This document shows positions 1 to 8,976 of a stretch of 64,000 nt of DNA, in pieces. Source of the DNA: Actinomycetota bacterium (GTDB lineage: Bacteria; Actinomycetota; Acidimicrobiia; IMCC26256; PALSA-555); the NCBI GenBank assembly GCA_016870355.1, contig VGBR01000002.1, positions 3,893-67,892 on the forward strand, read 5' to 3'. Position 1 is the stretch's first letter; each line of letters opens with the position of its first letter. The position numbers and the translations under genes are program-made. The notes under the pieces are model-generated. The model was given only the letters and a program-made list of their open reading frames with translations, ran no database searches and had not been told where the DNA came from.

Positions 1-1
1 C

Positions 2-367
2 GCTCTGAGCGGCGTCGTTCTGATCGCAACTGGTGCTGCGTCGGCCCTGGCCGTAGCCGCCGTGGCGCAGACGGTCTGGGGGATCGGCTTCTCGCTCGCG
101 AACACACAGATGGTGAGCATCCGGCAGCGTCTCGTCCCCGACGCCTTGCTCGGCCGCGTCACCGGCGCGTTCGGTCTCTTGAGCGCGCTCGGCATGGTGA
201 TTGGCGCGCTGACGGGTGGCGTGCTCACCGACGGAGGAGGGCCCCGGGTTCCCATCCTGTTCGCTGGTGTGGTGACGGTGGTCGTCGGGCTGTTGTGGTG
301 GGTGCTGCTCAGCACCTACCGCGACATGGACCTCACATCAGCACACGTCGAAGACCCTGCTGGCTGA
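2..367 (+). CDS. MFS-type transporter, C-terminal fragment (5' end outside window)
   Basis: The frame is open from the window edge to the stop at 365-367. The product is hydrophobic and helix-rich (GAFGLLSALGMVIGALTGG, ILFAGVVTVVVGLLWWVLL), like the last TM helices of an MFS permease. Confidence 0.55.
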   Translation, partial: ALSGVVLIATGAASALAVAAVAQTVWGIGFSLANTQMVSIRQRLVPDALLGRVTGAFGLLSALGMVIGALTGGVLTDGGGPRVPILFAGVVTVVVGLLWWVLLSTYRDMDLTSAHVEDPAG

Positions 368-382
368 CGCTACGCTCCCGCG

Positions 383-601
383 ATGCACGAGATCCGCGCC
401 GAGATCACCGCCAACGTGTGGCAGCTCCGAGTCGACGAAGGTCAGATGGTTGCCGAAGGCGATGAGATCGTCGTGCTCGAGTCGATGAAGATGGAGATCC
501 CCGTGATCACCGAGGTGCCGGGGGTGGTTCGCGAGCTGCACGTCGCCCCAGAGGATGTCGTGCAAGAGGGCGACCTGATCGCGCTGATCGACGATTCGTA
601 G
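383..601 (+). CDS. small biotin/lipoyl-attachment carrier protein (TB7.3-like biotinylated protein)
   Basis: 72 aa with the E-S-M-K-M biotinyl-lysine motif (VVLESMKMEIPV). Its size and sequence resemble the stand-alone 7-kDa biotinylated proteins of actinobacteria. Confidence 0.8.
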   Translation: MHEIRAEITANVWQLRVDEGQMVAEGDEIVVLESMKMEIPVITEVPGVVRELHVAPEDVVQEGDLIALIDDS

Positions 602-608
602 TAGGTGT

Positions 609-665
609 CCGGTGGGGCTTTGCCTCCCGAACGCCGGTGGGGGCCGTAGCCTGCGGAGGCGACCC
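609..665. repeat. degenerate copy of a dispersed GC-rich intergenic hairpin element
   Basis: The sequence ccggtggggctttgcctcccgaacgcc...gcctgcggaggcgaccc shares the GGC-TTT-GCC capped hairpin core and the GCG(A/G)GGCGACC arm with the 70-bp unit at 8787-8972 and with 30911-30972. It lies between convergent genes. Confidence 0.35.
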
Positions 666-677
666 GTGGTGGCGTCG

Positions 678-1574
678 TCAGTAGTTCGACGGCAGCACGC
701 GCTCGAGCAGCGCGTAGAACACGAAGAGCGCAGCTCCGAACGGCAGGACGCCGATCAGCCAGTTGGTGAGACTCGGGTGACGGTGAAAGATCAGCCACCA
801 CAACCCGCCGATGAGCGCCACGACGAGCGCGGCGAGCACGGTCGGCGTCTTGGAGCTGCCTTCGCCGGACAACCCGGCTTCGGTCAGCTGCGGGTTGTTG
901 TTTCCTCCGGAGGCCGGTAGAGGTTCCTCTTGAAGCACGGCTTGGACGACGAGCCGTTGCGCTGCTGAGTACTTCGGGTTGCAGGTGGTCAGCGTGAGGA
1001 TCGCGGGCCGGAACTTGTCGTTCTGAAGCACTTCAACGTCCTTCGGCTGCACGATGAAGTTCGCGAGGAAGACCTCGTAGGTGAAGCTGCCGTACGCGGT
1101 CCGCACGAAGATCTTGTCCCCCTCTTCGAGGAGATCGAGGTTGCCGAACGGGGCGCCATACGTCGTGCGGTGACCCGCGATCGCGGCGTTCCCCTCTTGG
1201 CCGGGGAGGGGAGTGTCCGGATAGTGGCCAGGGCCCTTTCGTAGGTCCTCGCGGCTGATCCCTTGCACGACGATCCGGTCCACCCCGATGCGCGGGATGC
1301 GTAGCTGCGCGAACGGCTCGCCCTCGCGGGAGAACAAGGGGAGGGAGACCGGAGCGGTCGTCGTCGTGACCGTCGGATCGACGGGGACAACCGTCGTCGT
1401 GGTCGTCGCGGGCTCGCCGTCCTGTTCGAGGGAGGCCGTGAACTCATCACGTAGTCGGTCTTGCTCGCGCGAGGTGTAGAGACCGGTGCCCCAGAGCTGA
1501 TAGGTGACGAAGAGGAGGATGAGCACACCGGTCGTCACGAAGGCCCGACCAAGTGCTCCCATCACACGCCGCAC
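678..1574 (-). CDS. class E sortase (transpeptidase)
   Basis: Carries the TLTTCNP active-site motif and the catalytic His region (AIAGHRTTYGAPF). It has an N-terminal and a C-terminal TM helix, as is typical of actinobacterial SrtE. Confidence 0.85.
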   Translation of the reverse strand: MRRVMGALGRAFVTTGVLILLFVTYQLWGTGLYTSREQDRLRDEFTASLEQDGEPATTTTTVVPVDPTVTTTTAPVSLPLFSREGEPFAQLRIPRIGVDRIVVQGISREDLRKGPGHYPDTPLPGQEGNAAIAGHRTTYGAPFGNLDLLEEGDKIFVRTAYGSFTYEVFLANFIVQPKDVEVLQNDKFRPAILTLTTCNPKYSAAQRLVVQAVLQEEPLPASGGNNNPQLTEAGLSGEGSSKTPTVLAALVVALIGGLWWLIFHRHPSLTNWLIGVLPFGAALFVFYALLERVLPSNY

Positions 1575-1678
1575 CCTCAGATCCTACGGGCGGTTTCTCC
1601 CTTTTCGTCCATAGGTGTGGCGGTTCGCCTGCCGACGCGAGGCCTTCGTACACTTGGCGTCCCTCCCCCGGAGGCGCT

Positions 1679-2395
1679 GTGCAACCCGTCGTCCGTCTCC
1701 GATCAGCTGTCTGTCTCCTCGGACGCTTCCCTGCGCTCGCAGGTATTGATCTCGATGTCGCAGCAGGTGAAGTCGTACTGCTGTCGGGTGGCAACGGCGC
1801 GGGCAAGACCACTCTGCTGCGGATGATCGCGGGCCTCGCGCGGCTTCACGAAGGCGAGGCGACGGTGCTCGGCTGCGATCTCGCTCGTGACCGCACGTCG
1901 CACCGAAAGAACCTTGCGTTCGTTGGTCACGACACGTTCTGTTACGACGACCTCACGGCGCGCGAGAACGTGAGGTTTGCTGCGCGTGCGGCCGGTGCCG
2001 GTGTTGAAGCGGCGGACACCGCGCTCGAGTGCGTCGGGCTGAAGGGATCAAGCGATGTCACGCACGGCCGCCTCTCCGCGGGACAGCGTCGCCGACTCGC
2101 GTTGGCTGTCGCGGTCGCGCGGGAGCCTCAGCTCCTTCTGCTCGACGAACCGCACGCAGGCCTCGATGGTGAGGGTCGCGACGTCCTCGATGCGGTGATC
2201 ACTGCCGTCGCGGCAAAGAATCGCACCGTGCTCCTCGCGTCCCATGAGCTCGACCGCACCCGGGCCCTCGCTAGTCGTGAGGTCGTGCTCAGGGGCGGAC
2301 AAGCCAACGGCACGTTCGATGCCGAACCACTTCGAAAGCGCCGGTCCGCGAGAAGGCCGAAGAAGGACTCGATCGTGAAGCGGGACGCGCCGTGA
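1679..2395 (+). CDS. ccmA: heme exporter ATP-binding protein CcmA
   Basis: Walker A GGNGAGKTT, ABC signature LSAGQRRR and Walker B LLLLDEP. I chose GTG 1679, about 38 aa before the P-loop. The track ORF begins at 1553. The stop overlaps the ccmB start (GTGA). Confidence 0.8.
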   Translation: MQPVVRLRSAVCLLGRFPALAGIDLDVAAGEVVLLSGGNGAGKTTLLRMIAGLARLHEGEATVLGCDLARDRTSHRKNLAFVGHDTFCYDDLTARENVRFAARAAGAGVEAADTALECVGLKGSSDVTHGRLSAGQRRRLALAVAVAREPQLLLLDEPHAGLDGEGRDVLDAVITAVAAKNRTVLLASHELDRTRALASREVVLRGGQANGTFDAEPLRKRRSARRPKKDSIVKRDAP

Positions 2396-3066
2396 ACCTC
2401 GTCCAGGAAGCGAGCCTCGTCGCCGAGAAGGACCTGCGGATCGAGCTCCGGTCCCGTGTGACGGTGCAGCAGATCTTGCCATTCGGCCTCGTCGTGTTGC
2501 TGTTGTTCGCCTTCGCCCTCGACCCAGATCGCGGTGTGTTGCGCGACGTCGCGCCTGGGCTCTTCTGGATCACCGCTCTTCTCGCGGCACTGCTCGCGGT
2601 CTCACGCTCGTTCGCAATCGAAGTCGAGCACGGCGCGCGCGATGGGTTGCGTCTCTCCGGCCTGGATCCCGCGGCGATCTTCTTGGGCAAGGCCGCGGCC
2701 GTCACGATCGAGCTGTTGGTGCTCGAGACGGTGCTGAGCGTGGGCGTGGTGGTGCTCTTCGACGTTGCGCTCAACGCTGTGCTTCCGCTGGTGCTCGCCG
2801 CGGTGCTCGCGACCGTTGGCGTCGCCGCCACCGGTACCCTCTACGGCGCCCTCGTGGCGTCATCGGGCACCCGCGAGACGTTGGTGCCATTGCTCCTCTT
2901 GCCGGTGGTGTCGCCGGTGTTGCTCGGGGCGACTCGAGGGTGGGAAGCGGCGATCGACGGCGTTCCGTCCGAGGCGTGGCCCTGGATCGGACTCCTCGCG
3001 GTCTTCGCGGTGCTCTACACGTCGATCGGGACGCTGGCCTTCGGCACGCTCCTGGAGGACGCATGA
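2392..3066 (+). CDS. ccmB: heme exporter membrane protein CcmB
   Basis: A 224-aa polytopic membrane protein lying between ccmA and ccmC. It has 4-nt overlaps with both neighbours. Confidence 0.8.
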   Translation: MNLVQEASLVAEKDLRIELRSRVTVQQILPFGLVVLLLFAFALDPDRGVLRDVAPGLFWITALLAALLAVSRSFAIEVEHGARDGLRLSGLDPAAIFLGKAAAVTIELLVLETVLSVGVVVLFDVALNAVLPLVLAAVLATVGVAATGTLYGALVASSGTRETLVPLLLLPVVSPVLLGATRGWEAAIDGVPSEAWPWIGLLAVFAVLYTSIGTLAFGTLLEDA

Positions 3067-3818
3067 CGCTGTTCAACCCAACGGTCGCACGAGTGCTCGG
3101 CTGGCTCACGTTGGCGTCCCTCATCGTCCTCGCGCTGTTCGGGTTGTGGGGTGCACCACCTGATGACGTGCAAGGTGACGTGCAGCGGCTCATGTACCTG
3201 CACGTCCCCGCGGCGTGGGTCGCATACCTCGCGTTCGCCGTCACCTCACTGGCCTCGGCCCTCTGGTTGTGGGAGCGAACGCGTTCACCCGTGTGGGATC
3301 GGGTTGCGGGCGCGTCCGCGGAGCTCGGCGTGATGTTCACCGCGCTGACGCTCATCATCGGCTCGCTCTGGGGACGACCGGTGTGGGGCGTGTGGTGGGC
3401 ATGGGACGCCCGCCTCGTCACGACCGCGGTCCTGTTCTTCCTGTATCTCGGATACCTCGCGTTGCGCCGGGTGCCTGCCGACGCGGATGTGCGTGCTCGC
3501 CGATGCGCAATCGCCGCGCTGATCGCGTTCATCGACGTGCCGATCGTGCACTTCTCGGTGACGTGGTGGCGCACCTTGCACCAGGAGGGGACGGTCTTCG
3601 ATCCCGAGCTCAAAGCGAACATCCACGGCACGATGGCGTTCACACTGTGGTTCGGGGTGCTCGCGTTCACACTCCTCTTCGCGTATCTCCTCGATCGGCG
3701 CTACCGCCTCGAGTGCCTGAACGAAGGGCTCGCGGACCGTCAGCTTCGTCGTGCCATCGAAGAGCGCGTCCGCGGCGCTGCGGATCGCGACGCGCCGAAG
3801 GTCGGGGCCGACCGATGA
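3063..3818 (+). CDS. ccmC: heme exporter / heme-handling protein CcmC
   Basis: Carries the Trp-rich WWD motif WGRPVWGVWWAWDARL. The internal ATG at 3063 overlaps the ccmB stop. The track ORF starts upstream at 2940, in an Arg-rich non-coding-like region. Confidence 0.85.
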   Translation: MTLFNPTVARVLGWLTLASLIVLALFGLWGAPPDDVQGDVQRLMYLHVPAAWVAYLAFAVTSLASALWLWERTRSPVWDRVAGASAELGVMFTALTLIIGSLWGRPVWGVWWAWDARLVTTAVLFFLYLGYLALRRVPADADVRARRCAIAALIAFIDVPIVHFSVTWWRTLHQEGTVFDPELKANIHGTMAFTLWFGVLAFTLLFAYLLDRRYRLECLNEGLADRQLRRAIEERVRGAADRDAPKVGADR

Positions 3819-3934
3819 CCGACGCGGAGTTCGTGATCGCGGGCTGGGTGATCACTGGCCTGGCCGCGCTGATCTACTGGATTCGGCTCGAGCGCAAGAT
3901 CCGACGCGCCGAGCAGCTCGACCTAGACGCATGA
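3815..3934 (+). CDS. ccmD: CcmD-like small membrane protein
   Basis: A 39-aa single-TM peptide (VIAGWVITGLAALIYWI followed by a basic tail). It has ATGA overlaps with ccmC and ccmE. Assignment is by position and size. Confidence 0.6.
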   Translation: MTDAEFVIAGWVITGLAALIYWIRLERKIRRAEQLDLDA

Positions 3935-4401
3935 CCGAGCCAACGCCCGAATCGAGCCAGTCAACCGGGCTAGTTCGCCGTCGACGCGCGCTTGTCGCAA
4001 TCTCCTGCTGTGCCGCGGCCATCGTTGCGATCATCGTGCTCGGGGTCGTGCTGTCAGAGAACGTCCTCTACTTCCAAACCGTGTCCGAAGCCGTGCGCGA
4101 CCGGTCCGAACAGGGGACCGACCGGCTGCGCTTGGCCGGCGAAGTGGTCCCAGGGAGCGTCACGGAGACGGCTCGCGGTGTGCGCTTCGAAGTCACCGAC
4201 GGCAAGACGACCGCGGAGGTCGTGCATCGCGGCGATCCGCCCGATCTGTTCGAGGACGCGGCTACCAAGGAGATCCCCGTGGTGTGCGAAGGCCATTGGG
4301 GATCGGGTGAGGCGTTCGCTTCCGACCGGATCCTTATCCGGCACGGCAACGAGTACAAGCCGCCCAAGGTCGACCAGGACGGCGCGGAAGAACCCAAGTG
4401 A
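3931..4401 (+). CDS. ccmE: cytochrome c-type biogenesis heme chaperone CcmE
   Basis: Has an N-terminal membrane anchor and an OB-fold body. The heme-binding HxxxY motif is present (IRHGNEYKPP). Confidence 0.85.
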   Translation: MTEPTPESSQSTGLVRRRRALVAISCCAAAIVAIIVLGVVLSENVLYFQTVSEAVRDRSEQGTDRLRLAGEVVPGSVTETARGVRFEVTDGKTTAEVVHRGDPPDLFEDAATKEIPVVCEGHWGSGEAFASDRILIRHGNEYKPPKVDQDGAEEPK

Positions 4402-6413
4402 AGGCGTTCGTCGGCGTGTTCGCCCTCGCGCTCGGCACCGTGTCATCCGTTTTCGGCGTGATCGTGCTGGGTCTCGGACTGAAGAAGCGAGACGAGCGCA
4501 TGCTCGAGCTCGGACGACGGTTCGTGTTCGGCGTGCTCGCGGCCGCTGTCCTCGCGTTCCTCGCGATGGAGTGGGCCCTGCTCTCGCACGACTTCTCGCT
4601 GGAGTACGTGTACGAGAACAACGCGCGAGCGACACCCTTGCTGTACACGATCGCGGGATTGTGGGCGAACCTCGAGGGATCGATCATCCTCTGGGCGCTT
4701 GTGCTCGCGGGCTACCTCGCGTTCGCAGCCCGTCGCTTCCGTGACCGTTCGACGGATCCACTCGTCGCGTGGGCAACGCTGGTCGGACTCGCGGTTGCGC
4801 TCTTCTTCTTCGCATTGATGTTGGGGCCTGCGAACCCGTTCAAGACGCTGTCGCCCACACCGTCCGATGGCCTGGGCCCGAATCCGCTGCTCCAGAACCA
4901 TCCGCTGATGGCGATCCACCCGCCGATGCTGTACCTCGGGTACGTCGGGTTCACCTTGCCGTTCTCGTTCGCGATCGCGGCGCTGGCCACAGGTCGCTTC
5001 GGGGAGGGGTGGTTGGCCGACATCCGTCGGGCGACGCTCATCGCATGGGGGTTCCTGACCGTCGGGATCATCCTCGGCGGCTGGTGGAGCTATGAGGTCC
5101 TTGGTTGGGGCGGCTACTGGGCGTGGGACCCCGTGGAGAACGCGTCGTTGCTGCCGTGGCTGACCGGCACCGCGTTCATCCACTCGGTGATCGTGCAGGA
5201 GCGCCGCGGCATGCTCCGCGTCTGGAACCTCTCGCTCGTCATCGCGACGTTCTCCCTCACGATCCTCGGCACCTTCCTCACCCGCTCTGGTGTCCTCGAC
5301 TCCGTGCACTCGTTCACGGAGTCACCGATCGGACCATGGCTGCTGTCCTTCCTAGCGGTCGTTGCCGCGGTCGGCATCGGTCTCATCGCGTGGCGGGGAG
5401 ACCGGCTGCGTGCGCCAGGTCGTATCGACTCACCGGTCTCGCGAGAGTCAGCGTTCCTTGGGAACAACCTGATCTTCGCGGCGCTCGCGTTCGTGGTGCT
5501 GCTCGGCACGGTCTATCCGCTGCTCGCCGAGGCGTTGCAAGGGCGACAGCTGTCCGTCGGTGAGCCCTACTTCAATCGCATGACAACGCCACTCGGACTC
5601 GTGCTGCTCTTCTTGATGGCAGTCGCGCCCGCGTTGCCGTGGCGGGCCGCAAGCGGCGAGGTGCTCCAGCGCCGCCTGCTGGTTCCTGCCTGGATCGGCG
5701 GACTGACGATGGTCGTTGCCTTGCTCCTCGGCACGAACGGCATCACCGACAGCGTGACGTTCGGGCTCGCGGCCTTCGCCCTTGCCGGCATCGCTCGCCA
5801 GATGGTTGTCGGAGCGCGGGCACAGGGGCGCGCCAACGGGGTTGCGTGGCCCGCCGCGACACTTCGCGCCATCCGATCGAACCCCAGGTTGTACGGCGGT
5901 CTGATCGTGCACACGGGGATCGTGCTGATCGCGATTGCGCTGGTCGCCTCGAGCAGCTACTCGACGCGCCGCGAGGTCCGATTGACCCGCGACAACACTG
6001 TGAACGTCTCGGGGTACTCGCTCACCTACTTGGGTTCGCGCATCACCGACACCAAGCAGAAGGTCACCGTGCACGCACGCATCCGAGTCGAGCGCGACGG
6101 CGATGCCCTCGGCGTGCTCACGCCGGCGATCTCGAGCTTCCCAGGACGAACGTCCGGGATCGGGACGCCAGCGGTGAAGACGGGGATCGTTCGCGACCTG
6201 TACCTCACGCTGGTCTCGTCACCGACGGAGCGTGAGCGGGTGACGGTCGGTGTGCAGGTCAACTCGATGATCGTGTGGCTCTGGATCGGCGGTGGCGTCG
6301 TCGCACTCGGCACGCTGGTCGCGCTCATGCCGTCGCTCCGACGGAGATCGCAACGAGATCCGCTTGGCGCGGATGACGCTGAGCCGCGTGTGCTGGAAGG
6401 CGCGTCGGCGTGA
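4398..6413 (+). CDS. ccmF: cytochrome c heme lyase subunit CcmF
   Basis: A 671-aa polytopic protein with the WWD motif WWSYEVLGWGGYWAWDPVEN. It has GTGA overlaps with ccmE and ccmG. Confidence 0.9.
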   Translation: MKAFVGVFALALGTVSSVFGVIVLGLGLKKRDERMLELGRRFVFGVLAAAVLAFLAMEWALLSHDFSLEYVYENNARATPLLYTIAGLWANLEGSIILWALVLAGYLAFAARRFRDRSTDPLVAWATLVGLAVALFFFALMLGPANPFKTLSPTPSDGLGPNPLLQNHPLMAIHPPMLYLGYVGFTLPFSFAIAALATGRFGEGWLADIRRATLIAWGFLTVGIILGGWWSYEVLGWGGYWAWDPVENASLLPWLTGTAFIHSVIVQERRGMLRVWNLSLVIATFSLTILGTFLTRSGVLDSVHSFTESPIGPWLLSFLAVVAAVGIGLIAWRGDRLRAPGRIDSPVSRESAFLGNNLIFAALAFVVLLGTVYPLLAEALQGRQLSVGEPYFNRMTTPLGLVLLFLMAVAPALPWRAASGEVLQRRLLVPAWIGGLTMVVALLLGTNGITDSVTFGLAAFALAGIARQMVVGARAQGRANGVAWPAATLRAIRSNPRLYGGLIVHTGIVLIAIALVASSSYSTRREVRLTRDNTVNVSGYSLTYLGSRITDTKQKVTVHARIRVERDGDALGVLTPAISSFPGRTSGIGTPAVKTGIVRDLYLTLVSSPTERERVTVGVQVNSMIVWLWIGGGVVALGTLVALMPSLRRRSQRDPLGADDAEPRVLEGASA

Positions 6414-6952
6414 AGCACCCCGCGCGGTGGATCGCGCTGGCGGTCGCCGTCGTCGCGCTCGCGTTCGTTGCGGTGCTCGCAACCCAGGTGAGCGACGATC
6501 CGCAGCGTGAAGACAACGAGAGCGTTCTCCTCAACCATCCCGCGCCTGAGTTCTCGGTGCGAACGCTCGACGGCACCACGATCACGCAGGCCGACCTTGC
6601 AGGCAAGGAAGTGATCGTGAACTTCTGGAACAGCTGGTGCATCCCGTGCCACGAGGAGCTACCGGCCCTCAAGGAGTTCTACGACGCGCATGCCACGGAT
6701 CCCGACTTCGTGATGCTGGGGATCGTGCGAGCAGACAGTCAAGATGCGATCCGCGCCTATGTGGACGCCGAAGGTGTCGACTGGGTGGTGGCGTTCGATC
6801 CAGGTGCAAACGCCACCCTCGGATTCGCGACGCGGGGCCAACCCGAGACGTTCGCGATCAACTCCGACGGCACGATCGTCGGGTTCAAAGCTGGACCATC
6901 GAGTCGCAACGAGCTCGAGACGATGCTCGCAGCCGCCCGCGTGCCGTCGTGA
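6410..6952 (+). CDS. ccmG: thiol:disulfide oxidoreductase CcmG/DsbE (TlpA/ResA-like thioredoxin)
   Basis: Has a signal anchor plus a thioredoxin fold with WNSWCIPCHEE (CxxC). Confidence 0.85.
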   Translation: MKHPARWIALAVAVVALAFVAVLATQVSDDPQREDNESVLLNHPAPEFSVRTLDGTTITQADLAGKEVIVNFWNSWCIPCHEELPALKEFYDAHATDPDFVMLGIVRADSQDAIRAYVDAEGVDWVVAFDPGANATLGFATRGQPETFAINSDGTIVGFKAGPSSRNELETMLAAARVPS

Positions 6953-6965
6953 TGAGCGGGGCACG

Positions 6966-7415
6966 ATGAACCGGTTGGCGTGGGCAGCGCTCGCGCTGCT
7001 CGTGGTCGTCGCGGTGGTGGTGGCCGCGACGCAGGCGGGTGACTCGAGCCCCCGGGCGCGTGCGAACGCGTTGGCCGAGGAGATCCAGTGCCCCGAATGT
7101 GACGGAGTGTCGGTTGCGCAGTCGCTCGCGCCGACCTCGCGGGCGATCGTGCGGGACCTCCGTCGGCGAGTGGCGGCAGGGGAGTCGGATGACGACATCC
7201 GCGCTGCATACGTGGAGCGCTACGGCGAATCGATCCGCCTGAACCCCGAAGGCGACGGGCTTGGTCTCCTCGTGTGGGGTCTGCCCGTCACGCTCGTGCT
7301 CGCCGGCGCAGGTGCGCTGGTGTTCGCGTCGCGGCGGTGGCGGCGCGAGCCGCTGATGCACGCTACCGGCGCCGACGAAGAGCTTGTCGAGCGCGCGCGG
7401 CGAGACGACGCGTGA
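6966..7415 (+). CDS. ccmH: cytochrome c-type biogenesis protein CcmH
   Basis: Has a signal peptide, the IQCPECDGVSVAQS motif (equivalent to LRCxxC) and a C-terminal TM helix. Confidence 0.8.
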   Translation: MNRLAWAALALLVVVAVVVAATQAGDSSPRARANALAEEIQCPECDGVSVAQSLAPTSRAIVRDLRRRVAAGESDDDIRAAYVERYGESIRLNPEGDGLGLLVWGLPVTLVLAGAGALVFASRRWRREPLMHATGADEELVERARRDDA

Positions 7416-8236
7416 GTCCACCACAGAGCGAGGAGCGCGAACGCCTCGAGGGTGAGCGCGACTTCCTGCTGAAGTCGCTCGACGATCTCGAGAACGAGCG
7501 TGCAGCCGGCGGGATCGACGACGAGTCGTACACCCAGCTGCACGACGACTACACGGCGCGCGCCGCGGCGACCATCCGAGCGCTGCGCGATGGCATCGAC
7601 GCCCGTCCGGTTGCGGCACAGATTCCGTGGACGCGGCGGGCGATCGCCTGGTGTGGCATCGCCGTGTTGGCCGCGGGTTCTGGCATCGCGTTGGCGAGCG
7701 CGCTCGGTGGCCGGGACCCGGGCGAGACCTCGTCGGGAAACTCGCAGTCGACGTCCGACGGGCCCGGCGAGCAAGACGAACGTCGCCAGCTCGAAGCCGC
7801 GGTCGAAGCCGACCCCTCCAACATCGGGAACCGCCTGCTCCTTGCTCGCTATCTCGAGCAAGACGACGAGCTCGCGGCCGCACTCGAGCAGTACGACGCC
7901 GTGCTCGCACTCGAGAGCGACAACGTTGATGCGCTCGCGCAGTCAGGACGTGTGCTGTACCTCGGCGCAGTGGCGGCACCCGAACAGGCCTTTGACCTCG
8001 TGGACGAAGCACGGGCGAGGCTCGACCGGGCGATCGAGCTCGACGCTGAGTACGCCGATGCACGGTTCTTCCGTGCCATCATCCTCGCGAACGAGTTCCA
8101 GGACTTCGTTGGCGCCCAGACGGACCTCCAGCAGTACCTCGTGCTCGCCCCCGAAGGTCTGTTCGCGCAGCAAGCCCGCGCGTTGCTCGCCGAGGTGACC
8201 GCGGCACTCGAACCAAGAGTCACGACCACCACCTGA
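7412..8236 (+). CDS. TPR-repeat protein, CcmI/CycH-like apocytochrome chaperone candidate
   Basis: The GTG at 7412 overlaps the ccmH stop (GTGA). It has one TM helix followed by TPR-like repeats (LLLARYLEQDDELAAALEQYDAVLALESDN...). The functional assignment rests on its position in the operon. Confidence 0.6.
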   Translation: MSPPQSEERERLEGERDFLLKSLDDLENERAAGGIDDESYTQLHDDYTARAAATIRALRDGIDARPVAAQIPWTRRAIAWCGIAVLAAGSGIALASALGGRDPGETSSGNSQSTSDGPGEQDERRQLEAAVEADPSNIGNRLLLARYLEQDDELAAALEQYDAVLALESDNVDALAQSGRVLYLGAVAAPEQAFDLVDEARARLDRAIELDAEYADARFFRAIILANEFQDFVGAQTDLQQYLVLAPEGLFAQQARALLAEVTAALEPRVTTTT

Positions 8237-8258
8237 CCCCGAACGGAAGGCAACCTCG

Positions 8259-8735
8259 ATGGCCGACAAGCCCGCGCCGCAGACCGACGCATCGAAGCTC
8301 TACCGCACGACGATCACCACCGATCGCGGGACGATCGTTGTGGATCTCGATCCCGCGCTCGCACCCAACAGCGTCAACAACTTCGTGGGCCTCACCCGCG
8401 ATGGGTTCTACGACGGCCTGACGTTCCATCGAGTGGTGCCTGACTTCGTGATCCAGGGCGGCTGCCCTGAGGGAACCGGCACCGGTGGCCCGGGTTACAA
8501 GTGGGCCGACGAGCCCGTGAAGGACGAGTACACGCTCGGCGCCGTCGCAATGGCGAACGCCGGCCCGAACACCAACGGCTCACAGTTCTTCATCTGCATC
8601 GACGACTGCACCCGAAAGCTGTCGAAGGACTACAACCTCTTCGGCCACGTCGTGCAGGGCATCGACGTCGCGCAGGCCACCGAGGTGGGCGACGTGATGC
8701 GGTCGGTCGTCGTCGAGGAGGTCGCCCGCTCCTAG
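8259..8735 (+). CDS. peptidyl-prolyl cis-trans isomerase, cyclophilin type
   Basis: Carries the cyclophilin signatures FHRVVPDFVIQGG and GPNTNGSQFFI. Confidence 0.9.
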   Translation: MADKPAPQTDASKLYRTTITTDRGTIVVDLDPALAPNSVNNFVGLTRDGFYDGLTFHRVVPDFVIQGGCPEGTGTGGPGYKWADEPVKDEYTLGAVAMANAGPNTNGSQFFICIDDCTRKLSKDYNLFGHVVQGIDVAQATEVGDVMRSVVVEEVARS

Positions 8736-8786
8736 CGCTGCAAGGTCGACCGCCCGGCAGCGGTACTCTCGAGTGACCGAAGCAGG

Positions 8787-8972
8787 CCGGTGCATTGCGA
8801 GAGCCCGAAGCTTGCGAGGGCGACCAGAGGAGGGCATGCAACGGCGGCTTTGCCGACCGGTGCATTGCGAGAGCCCGAAGCTTGCGAGGGCGACCAGAGG
8901 AGGGCATGCAACGGCGGCTTTGCCGACCGGTGCATTGCGAGAGCCCGAAGCTTGCGAGGGCGACCAGAGGAG
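8787..8972. repeat. perfect 70-bp tandem repeat, 2.66 copies (VNTR/MIRU-like), forming the aconitase leader
   Basis: The unit is ccggtgcattgcgagagcccgaagcttgcgagggcgaccagaggagggcatgcaacggcggctttgccga. Copies 8787-8856 and 8857-8926 are identical by eye. The third copy (8927-8972) is truncated after GAGGAG, 4 nt before the acn ATG. Confidence 0.9.
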
Positions 8973-8976
8973 TCAG

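Noticed and set aside
8787-8972. Whether the 70-bp repeats could be a CRISPR array.
   Set aside because: The units are directly abutting and identical, with no unique spacers. There are no cas genes in the window. This is a tandem repeat, not a CRISPR array.
8773-8976. The track ORF extends aconitase upstream through the tandem repeat, with starts at 8773 or at the in-frame ATG 8836.
   Set aside because: The extra 47-68 aa are encoded entirely by the repeat (ARSLRGRPEEGMQRRLCRPVHCESPKLARATRGG...) and look non-protein-like. The conserved aconitase N-terminus begins at MAESQVGPTTPVELVEALY, which has its own GAGGAG.
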